A stretch of 64,000 nucleotides of DNA from the NCBI GenBank assembly GCA_965649765.1, contig OZ287755.1, positions 60,450,001-60,514,000 on the forward strand, written 5' to 3'. Origin of the DNA: Bispira polyomma (taxonomy: Eukaryota). Shown piece after piece: positions 1-10,070 of this stretch. The notes under the pieces are model-generated. The model did not search any database and had not been told where the DNA came from. It was given only the letters and a program-made list of their open reading frames with translations. The position numbers and the translations under genes were made by a program. Position 1 is the first letter of the stretch. The number at the start of each line of letters is the position of its first letter.

Positions 1-145
1 AGAATACCACCTTTAAGTACGACTGGAAAGTGTTCTGGCCATTTCTGTATTTTTCTACCCTACTTTGTAAGTAAAGAGAGATCATTTGGATGAACAATAA
101 CATATGTGACTTTTTAAACCCGACCAGACATGCATACTTTAAATG
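1..145 (+). repeat. Dispersed ~145-bp direct repeat, copy 1 (copy 2 at ~2142-2285)
   Basis: agaataccacctttaagtacgactggaaagtgttctggccattt...catgcatactttaaatgt aligns by eye with agaatgccaccctttaaaacgactgaaaagtgttctggccattt...catgcacacttaaaatgt at 2142. Confidence 0.8.
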
Positions 146-324
146 TGGACTATGTATAATCAATACAAATTCTTCACTTTTTTTTCACACAGTATGTATT
201 GTCACATATATACTTCTTTCACACAAACATTTCTCACAGACATTGAGATTTAATGTATATGGCCTTGGGATAGGGGGAACAAGACTCGTATCGATTGGCT
301 GTACTTGTGAAGTCAATATTATGT

Positions 325-2075
325 TTAGTTTAAATTTGATGTCGTTTTTAACACATCTTGGGCCCTCTTCACAAAGATTCTTTATCCATTCTTTGCTTTA
401 TTTTAAAGAATTTTCTTTATTTTGCTTAGCATTTTCTTACTCTTTAGAACACAAAGATTCTTTCCCAAGAATTATTCTTTATTTAAAGAAAATTTTGAAA
501 AAAATGCCTAATAAATACAGACTGGTCCAGAGTAGTCTTTATGTTTTAAGAATTTTCTAGAAATGCTTCGAAATATCAACTAGAATACTGTTTTATTCAT
601 TTTTGGTACTGATTTCACTTGACTATCATAAAACTTAATCTTGATAACTTGTAAAAGCTTATTTTTGCAACATAAATTCTCAAATCACAGGGTATTGTTT
701 TGTAATAATGAGTCAAAAATATTTATGTAGTTCCAGTGTGCTATTTTGAAGTACATAGCAAAAACAAAGCACTAACCTTTTAACTTTCAGTGGTGAAAAA
801 CATATCCAATTGAAAGTTTTATGTGCTAAATTAGCCAAACAACAATACATGTGTTTCTGAAGAAAATAGTATAGAATACATCTTCATATAATTGCAAAAA
901 TTCGACAGGTAAATTTGTATCATGTGTTTGGCCATTTTACAACACAAGATACGAATTTCACATAATTTTTTTTTCCTTTATTCAATTTTTTTCACTTTTA
1001 AACAAAAATATCCTAAGTATGTGTATATTCAAGTGTACCTTTATTATCCTGTAGTATTTTGGTAGTTTGTAGTTGAAAAAATAAACAAGTCATAGAATAT
1101 ATTTTTATAACTAAAACATTTATATTATATCGTATTATGTCCTCACACTACTGTATCTTAATAAATAAGCAGTTTTAATTACAAAGATGACATAATGGCA
1201 CATGTTTGACCTAGGTAGTAAAGCACTTGAATTTTGCTATGACTCACAACATATGCATTATTTAGAATTGCCATAATAATGCAATTTATCACACTTCTAT
1301 TACACAATTTAAAAAAGATTTTAAATTCCCATGTAATCATTGTCTTTTTTTATAAATATAGTTAGTTTGTAATTCTACTGTTGAAATAGCAAATATTATA
1401 ATGGAGAGAATTTTTGTTAGTTTAGTGCACTGAGCTGTACATGGCACATGTTTGACCTAATTAATAATTTGGATACAGTGCACATACACTTACTCAATAC
1501 AATGTGAATGGTGTGGTTATGTAATATGTAAACCAAAACTGTAAATAACTAAATAACATTAAAAATGAAAATTAAGTATGTAGTTATTGATTGGTAACAA
1601 AAAGACTCACTTTACAACACTTTAGCATGTACAAATTTCAAAAATTGTTTATATGTTTAAATAAAACAGTAAAAATATTATACGAGTAATACTGGGGAAC
1701 TCCCAGGAAGTGTGGTTGTTTTGAAAATAAAGAAAGAATAATTCTATGCTTAGAATGAACTTAGAATCTTTGTGAATAGGTTGTCACTTAGAATAAAGAA
1801 TTTTCTATGCTTAGAATAATTCTTAAAAAATAAAGAAATTCTTATTCTTAGTAAAGAATCTTCCTGAATAGGGCCCCTAAGGTCACATCACCATAGGCAG
1901 TTCATTTATGGAGGAAATCACGGGAGCGTAGTTGGTCTAGCATTTTCTGCTCTACAGACCAACATTATTCAGCAAGTCTGCTGCTAACCTGCCCACATAC
2001 ATATCAGGGCATAGATTTAAACTCAGGATGGCAGATGCATCCCAATCAAATGTTTATTTACTTCAACCTTGGTCC
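325..2075 (-). mobile_element. Old diverged tRNA-type SINE split by the 360-1876 MITE
   Basis: The minus strand of 1878-2075 reads gagtttaaatc...gtgggcaggttagcagc...gagcagaaaatgctagaccaact...gatttcctcca...gtgaccttag, the same layout as the younger SINE family. Its tail gatgtgttaaaaacgacatcaaa resumes at 325-359 beyond the MITE. Confidence 0.55.
360..1876. mobile_element. Non-autonomous PIF/Harbinger-like DNA transposon (~1.5 kb)
   Basis: Left end gggccctcttcacaaagattcttta is the imperfect inverse of right end taaagaatcttcctgaatagggccc. Flanks CTT/CTA are a near-perfect 3-bp TSD. Both arms carry aagaat/attctt-rich subterminal repeats. No transposase ORF. Same terminal motif as the elements at 35113, 35851 and 41502. 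Confidence 0.75.
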
Positions 2076-2329
2076 TTCATTTTCCACTGGTGATCTACAT
2101 AATGGTGATTAAGAAACTCTCAACATTTTAGGAATAAATTAAGAATGCCACCCTTTAAAACGACTGAAAAGTGTTCTGGCCATTTTTGTATTCCCTACCC
2201 TAATTTGTAAGTAAAGAGAGGTAACTTGTATGAACACTAGCATATGTGTTTATTTAAACCCGACTAGGCATGCACACTTAAAATGTTAACAAAATAATAA
2301 AATAAAATAAATGTGATGGTCAAATTGAG

Positions 2330-3440
2330 AAAAATATCCAACTCACTCCAAATGTGGTAAACTTAGTTTTCTAAGTCTTGGCATTTTTGAAACTCGGATT
2401 TCCTCTAGACTTACCACGGGAGAATTTGTTCTTGGTCAAAGTTGAGGTAATGGAAATTCAGCAAAAAAAAATCACAACAGATGTGCAACAGTATCTTAGT
2501 GAAGAAACAAAATGGGAGCTATTATGGCACCTTTTAAAGAAACTCAGATAGGAGATGTGCATGTACAAACCTCTTTTAAACTCAAGTACTTAACTGTAGA
2601 TGACATGGTTGAACGTGTTAAGTTTCTTGAGGTTGGATCTGGGCAACATTAATTTGTCAGGCTTAGAATGGGGAGGACGAAACGTATACAGATATGTCAC
2701 TGGCGTTTGGCGTACACCTGGGGGCCCTCGCGTGTGTACGAGTTACAGATTCGTTAAGAAATATTTTAAGTACACAATAAATGACTATCTATACTTATGT
2801 GGATGACCTGTATTGAGTTGCCGTCCAAAAGTATGACATCATACTGCTATTTTTGGCGGGAATTGGGTTTACTCATCTCAACACCAAATTGAGTTGCCGT
2901 CCAAAAGTATGACGTCATACTGCTATTTTTGGCAGGAATTGGGTTTACCAATCTATATCTCCAGAAAAACTGAAAAATATCTTAAACACTGGCAAGGATT
3001 TTCATGCAAAATCCCAAGGCTAAGAAAAGGGACCCTCAAAGTCTATTGGGGACTCAATTTCATACATAGATGTGTGTGTCCTTCTTAAGACCTTGCACAA
3101 TGCACATAACGACAATGCTATTTGACTTACAGCGTATCTTAGATCTAAAATGGCTTCTCATATACAATGGCACTTTCATATGTGTGCAGAGACCTTTGGC
3201 TCCAAAACACAGTGTGTTTATAGATAATTCTTTGTCAGGTATTTATTTATTTATTAGGGGATGCTGTGTATAGAGTCTCCCTCAATCCTAATCTAGGATG
3301 GGCAATATTATACCTAGAGTAATGCAACTTCATTGTCATGTTAAAATTGTGGGGACCACTACTGTCCCTAAATGGGGTTATTCTGCATTATAAGAAGCAG
3401 GCCGTAGTTCAGTTCATGAATCATAGTGGATGTAGAGGTC
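2330..3440 (+). pseudogene. Degenerate DIRS/Ngaro pol remnant (RT + RNase H)
   Basis: Fragmentary translations FLKLGFPLD (~2385), LAFGVHLGALACVRVTDSL (~2700), IYTYVDDL (RT YxDD, ~2788), VFIDNSLSGI (~3215) and QAVVQFMN (~3398). Many stops and frameshifts, plus a ~60-bp local duplication 2814-2872/2890-2948. Confidence 0.7.
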
Positions 3441-4512
3441 ATGCGGGGCACCACCTAGTGGTGGTATGATCAGTTCTAGGGAACCAGTCTCACCTCAGCC
3501 ACGGTTCATTGCATAGTACTATAAAAGCCTCAGCATTTCCAGTATTCTACCTTGTTGCTGCTAGACTGACAACATAAAACAAATATCAGAGGTCAACGAA
3601 AAGGGTGGCAAAGTTACAAATGAGTTGAAACTACAATTTTTCTTTTATATATTTTAGTATCTTGCTTTTAATCTGATTGTTGTTTATTATACTCTGTTTT
3701 ATTGCAACGGTCATAATGCCTAAAGTAAAGGTCTACTGCCTACCGTCGCAATATGGGCCTAATCTGACGGATTAATTAAAGTTACACAGCCCAGCTACAT
3801 TTAAAATTACATGTATTAATCACAAATTATGAACTAACTTACTGCCAAATTAGCGCTACACCCTGCAGTAATATTATCCTGTATTTAATGTTTTATTTAC
3901 AGATAACCTTATATTATCGCTCAAATGACATAATATCACCCAGGCTTATTATGGGTCTAGCATCGAATATTTAGCCATAGATAATATGTAGGGATGAATA
4001 TACAAACCCATGAAAACCGATACAAGGTAGTATGTACTTATTAAAACCAAATATGAGCAAAAGTATTTTACCTGCAACATACGGCCTGTTTACATTAGTC
4101 CAAAAATTACGTAACTGTAAAAATATTAATAAGCGATAACTGTGCAGAACATCAATATTTGGAAGTATCTTATCCAAAACATTTACCATGCATTTAAATA
4201 TGGTACACTATTACTACAACGACATAAGTAGACATGACAACCAGATATCACTTATTTGTTTACTGCAATAATGTAATGAGAAAGTCGTAATAAATAAATG
4301 CCAAAAAGTATATTTTTTATTTCTTGTGCCCTAACTGTAATGAAAATAACTTCCAAGGACAGAGATAGTTTTGACAATTGAACAGAGCAACCACAGAATT
4401 ATGATAAATGTATTTATTATATCACTGGCTGACAAACACCACTTATATGTGTTTGGTATGTATGCCTCAATGCCTCATCATAAAAGTCATTTAATGTCTC
4501 ATGTTTAGTAAT

Positions 4513-4968
4513 TTAAGAAGGGAAAATATAATTTTTGCACAATCTTGTCATCCTGATAAACAATTCAGACACTGCAGCTTTTCCAGTGGAATGAAACAGG
4601 TTACCACCAGTGTCGCATCCCTGACAGTAATTACTTATTGCAGGAAGAAACAAAAGCGCATCTCTTACCGACCCACCACTAGATAATTGTTTTCCCCTAC
4701 CAGATCCTTTTACATGGTTACAACATTTTATTTTGTATTTAGGACGAGCGTCTGAGATGATGTATATCAAGCTAGTGGTATACAAATTTATCAATAATAA
4801 AAATACTATGCAGTGTGAAAATTACATCCCATATGGTCGTTTGTTTTGATTAAGATCATATTTCAGCGGAACTTTGAACCAAGAACCTGAAGACTTTGCC
4901 TTACCTTCTACTGCAATAACAGCTGCCACACAGAAGCAGAGGAGTAGGACACCAGCTATAGGTCTCAT
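4513..4968 (-). CDS. Putative two-exon cargo gene inside the pogo element: 100-aa signal-peptide protein (exons 4968-4905 and 4751-4513)
   Basis: Exon 1 encodes MRPIAGVLLLCFCVAAVIAVE and ends G|gtaagg. A 153-nt intron ends catctcag|. Exon 2 continues in phase as DARPKYKIKCCNHVKG...LCKNYIFPS*. Exon 1 is homologous to exon 1 of the oxidase gene at 43083-43188. Confidence 0.5.
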
Positions 4969-5025
4969 ACTGCTGTAAAGGTAATACTATCAGTCATTAT
5001 GGGCAACACCACTTAATTAAAAATG

Positions 5026-8000
5026 TCAAAGTGAAAATCGGCAGCAGGCATAGATTGCATCACATTCACTGTTGTAACCAACACACAACGAGTGGTACCA
5101 TTTATCACAAATGTCACACTGCACCCAATTCACTGTGCTGTTGCATCCAATTGGTTCAGGTAACCCACATTTCTGACAGCAATCACTGTCAAATGCATCC
5201 TGCAACATATCAACCATGCCAAACATGTAGCTGGAAATGTAATTGGTAGTGCAGCAATGAAAAAATGTTTACCAGAGAAGAACTACATGAATATTGTTTC
5301 AAGGTTTAATGTTAAACAATGTTTAATGCTTTAACAGTTTGGGTGTAGATTGTTACTTTACATATTGATTTACCTTGGCCTGAGAATGTTTGGGTGAATG
5401 TTGTGGCTGAGATGTGGCTTTGGTTCTTCTCTGACTGTGGGTTCTCCTCTTCTGCAAAAGTCAATGGAGGAATGACAGTGTTAACCAAACCTACACACTC
5501 CAATAGACATTTCGAAAGACACATTTCACCATGTAGGCATAATACTTTTGAAATAGTAACAGCTAAATTAATGATAATTTGTTTAATTTGTTTGGACCAT
5601 ATTATAGAACACATCTCTGTCATGACGTGTAGCCAGTTTATTGGTAGACAAAATGGAGAGACAGCCTTATTAAAAATACTGGCAACCGGTTGAAAAAACC
5701 TACTAGCGTCAATATTAATGTTTCTCATGACATTGCTTGTGCCACCTGAGCAAGGGCCAAAACTAACAAGGTAAAATGAGTTATATATTACTTTTCCAGT
5801 AGATTCAATCGGTAACAATTGGACCTCTGCACAATCTTCCAATATAGAAGCAGCTGGTCTGGTTGCTGTCTTCTTTGATTCACTTTTACTCTGTTAAGGA
5901 AATTACATACAAATATGGAATATCCCAATGCCCGACATATATGAAAATCTAGACACATCACTAATCATATCTAAACTGAATAGTTAAGACATCCACCTTC
6001 AAAAGAATCATGAGCTATGACTGTTATGCTGTTATATCATTACTGGTTATGCGTGCAAATGCTACTAAAACTAATTCTAGTGGACGACAAATGATCCTAA
6101 TCATCAGTGTATGCATGGTAAGTTGAAGTCTATATAAAAAGAATTACTTTCAGCCTACTGGATTGTCGTAATGGTACATCTGTAGAGCAGTCAGCAGCAT
6201 CAGTTGGTGTGTCGGCAGCATTTAAAGGGGCACCTAATGCTGCTGGGATATCTTTCTTGGACTGCAACATGTACAAATTTTTGATCGACAGAATTTAAAC
6301 TTTAGCAATACTACACAAAATGAATCATAATTATAGTTCCTCAAAGGTTACATTGAAATACAGATATGTTTATGGTGGTATTGCTGAACAGGAAAGATGA
6401 ACATCGTTGAGGTAATAAATTGTATGCAGTTCAGGTATTTAAATATAAAGCTTTGTCTGAGTTGTGGTGCATGGAGGAGACAATATAGCCTGCTTCTCCT
6501 TTAGCTGCTGGGCGATTTCACTTGTGGTTATCACTCGACCATTTAAGATGACCCTATTTTTGTAGGGACATCAAAATTATCATTTGAGTGTCTATTTAGT
6601 ACAGGAAATGCCAACTGCACTTCTGGGGGTAAACTTCGAATTGCAGCAACAGGGTGAGGGTAATGGCCACATTTCACACACGGCACATCATCTGTGGGTG
6701 CAGCTGCACTATGCACATCAATCTCACTCACATGAGGCAAAGATACAACTCCTTCACATACTGGGGTTGCTATTTTGACTACCCTATATGAAGTATTCGT
6801 CTGTTGTAGATCTAAGTATTACTTGCCAGCAGTATACTACACGAGAAAATATGTTGTACCAGTGACTATTTCAGCCATGTTAAAATGGATATTCATGAGG
6901 ATGCATTATAAATTAATTTAGTGGATGGGAATTATCAATGTTTAATGCAATATTGCGGGACCTAGGAAAAAATTTATATGAAGTAAATCAGTGAAATTCT
7001 TTTTCTTAATTTGGTATCATCAATGGCTGTCGGGTCGAACGGATATATTCCTGAGCGCTTGAATGCACTCTGGATGACAGTCTTTGTAGCAGCTTTACAT
7101 GCTAAATTCCAGGCAGTTGGAAAGTACTGCTTCGTTACCCTAGCCCGGGCAGACCTGGCACCAGTGGCTATACACAGACTGTTGTATTTTTTCTTGATAT
7201 GATTGAATACTCCAACATCAAGGGGTTGTAAGATGTGAGTAGTATGGGCGGGCAGTCCCAAAAAGATAATCTGTTATTGAATTGAACATGTCATTATTTA
7301 CTTCATGCAGAATTTGATAGGTGCAGTCATTTAAAGAATTTTGTTAATAACATTTAAGCTTTCAAATTTTTAAGGTGTTGTGTAACATTCAACATATTAT
7401 AATTTGCAATGTTGGTACTAACAGAGACCATTAAGTTGTAGCAAGTATTTCAATAATTGGAGATGACAAGAGCCCTGTGAGAGGCTGGTGATATTGAATC
7501 AAACCTCCTTGTAATAAAAATCCCTGTTTGTGTTTCAATGGCACATGCATTTGAATTTGGATATTTAACGTCCACTCTGGTACCTTCTAGTAGGTTATAT
7601 TGGGACGGGTAGTTGGAAACGCTGGAGGAAACACTGCATACAGTCGGTCAAGGTTCTGCACTGAAACCAGCGGCCCACAGTAAGAAACTATCACCTTTCC
7701 CACATAGGCATCGACAGGATTCGAACTCACGCCGCCCAGAGGTGAGAGACCAGTGATTGTGAAGCACAATGCTTGCTAACCACTAGGCCACCGCGGCCCC
7801 AATGGCATATGCAGTGCTAATTCACAACACCATCTTTACTGTGAGTTTGGCTTTGTAAATACAATAACAAATACATTATAATCCGGTTTCACTTAGTGGG
7901 TGCAGGTTACAAACTTATGGTTATCATAGAAATCAGTTGAATACGTAAATGTTCTGTAAGTGTGCTATAACATGAGGTGCATGTGCTCATTTAATGTGAC

Positions 8001-10070
8001 ATATGCTTGAGACCATATTTTTAGTGCAGTGCTGATATCATGCTTTCAGAAGTTTTGTACTGACTCTTTCCTTGATGGCAGCTTCCAAAACCTCATAACT
8101 AAAGTGGGAGTCGTGATTGTCCATGAGTAATAATATAGGACGGTCCGAGCCACAGCTTTTAAGAAACAAATTAAAGAACCATTCCTTAAACAGTTCTCTG
8201 TCCATGTAGCCTGCAATTTACAAAGTAAAAATCAATACACAAAACTGGGACAGGGCAAGTGGTTTCACAACCTACATATTCCACTGATACGGATATTTAT
8301 TTAAAGTAGAACTGTAACTGAACTGGTAATCTTTTCATTCATGTGCAACAACTATTTTGCTTTTTACATATTGCTTGCTGTTGATTATGTGAGGAATTAG
8401 TTCTTCAGTTTACCATTTGGTGAGGTTCCGAAAAGCCAATTCTTGGGTAACTCATCCATTCCACTGAGCATTGGCATGGACTTCGAATAAATAAAAAAAC
8501 TGGGGAGGAGTTCACCATCAGCCCTGATACAATTCATGGAGGTGATGTGATCAATTGTCGCCACCTTTACGTAATATTCACAAATGAGCATCAATGAAGA
8601 CAAGTAATTTTGAAAAATAACTTTCTTTGGGGGGTGTCAAATTAAACTTAATCAATCTAAAGGTAAAAGAAAAGAAGGGCTATTCACAGGAAAAAATACC
8701 AGCACTTCTTTAGACAAAATGAAAAGAAAGCTCATTATAAAGTTCATTATAAGAAGAATTTGTTTGGCAAATGATAAATGTAGGAGTTTAGGCATTGCAT
8801 ATTCTGAATTCATCCATGTTGTTACACCTTTTCCTGGTAGGTTGCCTCCCCGGCAATCCCGTAGCACTTCTCCCTTGTCTGGACGTGGCTATTGATCCCA
8901 CTTTCATCACAGTTAAATAACCTTGTGGGATCATCTAGTATGGCATTATCTTTGAGAACTTTTTCTGTATGTTGTGTGGAAACAATGACGTTGGTTAATT
9001 TTGGGTCATGGCATAGCACTCACATAATTTAGTCAAACATTATCAACAAATAGCAGCAACACGTATTTCAAGGTTGTTAAAGCAATTTACTCATTTCATA
9101 GCATTTACTGACAGTGCATTTTTAACTTTTAGTTCATAAATAAGTGGTGGCTAAAAAAAGAGTTACCAAGTAGGTTGAAAAATTTCATTATCGTGTATTC
9201 ATCACTCTGTGATGCACGTCTGGCGTCCAATGTCTGAGGCACAGTCCATTTGAGGTTGTGTCTTTTTTAAATTCACGGAACCATTTATCACTTGGACCGA
9301 TGTCAAACTGGAAATTACTGTGGGTGATGGTGTTTCGCCTTCTCTTTACCAAGTCCTAAATGAAATAATTAGTTTGGGTTAAATGCACTGACATTTTCCT
9401 CCTGTAAAAGTCTGTTAATAGTTCATAATTGTGTATAAGTAGTACTTATTCATTGGTGTCTTTTATAGGAACTGTCAGTTAATAGTATACTGATTATATT
9501 TCATAATGAACAGTTAAACCGTTACATATATTGCGGATGTCTGTTGGGCATTGCTAACACACTTACCTCTCACCTTTATGGTCCCTGTTTGTATGTTGGC
9601 CAGAGATTTATGTAGGAAAGTTGGTACTTACTTGTTAGTGGTGGCTGGTTTACAGTGTAACATTGTGACTAACTACTGTACACTGCTTACCTCCCCTAAA
9701 ATAATTGCCCGTTGTGATATAGCATATGTAATTGTGTTGAAAGCGATGTTCAACTCAAAATAAAATCAACCAATGACATTTAATTAAAGTAGGTACACAC
9801 AAAACCACACATCGCAAGTCTTGTCTCTTTAAAGGAAAATTCTGTCCAGCATTGTAGACAATATATTCTACTAATGCTTGTTCTTCAGCCTCAGTTAGAA
9901 GAAAGTCTCGGCCAGGTTTATGAAAATCTTCCACCTTTCTACGTGCATGGCGCCTAAGTGTTTCTTTGGGGATTTTGAACATCTTTGCAGCTTTGTACAC
10001 AGATAATTCACCCTTCTTTATCATCCCAACTGCTGTAATAAGTGTGTCTCTGTCATATTGGCAGCGCTTA
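5026..10070 (-). pseudogene. Multi-exon pogo transposase (HTH_psq + CENP-B HTH + DDE_1) with probable C-terminal PHD finger; frameshifted
   Basis: Exons ~10070-9797 (YDRDTLITAV...SVYKAAKMFKIPKETLRR), 9355-9167 (GPSDKWFREFKK; 1-nt short in an A run), 8964-8828 (FNCDESG), 8564-8414, 8210-8065 (LLLMDNHDSH), 7270-~7000 (LPAHTTHILQPLDVGVF). There are 35 residues between D2 and D3. Further exons lie at ~6810-6490, ~6262-6149 and ~5891 onward, and a PHD-like CQKC...WVQCDICDKWYHSLCVG...YAC at 5026-5200. GT-AG phases were checked for exons 2-6. The start codon and the splice into the PHD are not resolved. Confidence 0.85.
7550..7800 (-). mobile_element. tRNA-derived SINE in a transposase intron
   Basis: A box TGGCCTAGTGG and B box GTTCGAATCC on the minus strand. 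13-bp TSD aatggca(c/t)atgca at 7537-7549 and 7801-7813. Similar to the copies at 42139, 45344 and 60747. Confidence 0.92.

Noticed and set aside
90-560. 156-aa ORF
   Set aside because: Spans a repeat, a SINE tail and a MITE end. Low-complexity composition and no motifs.
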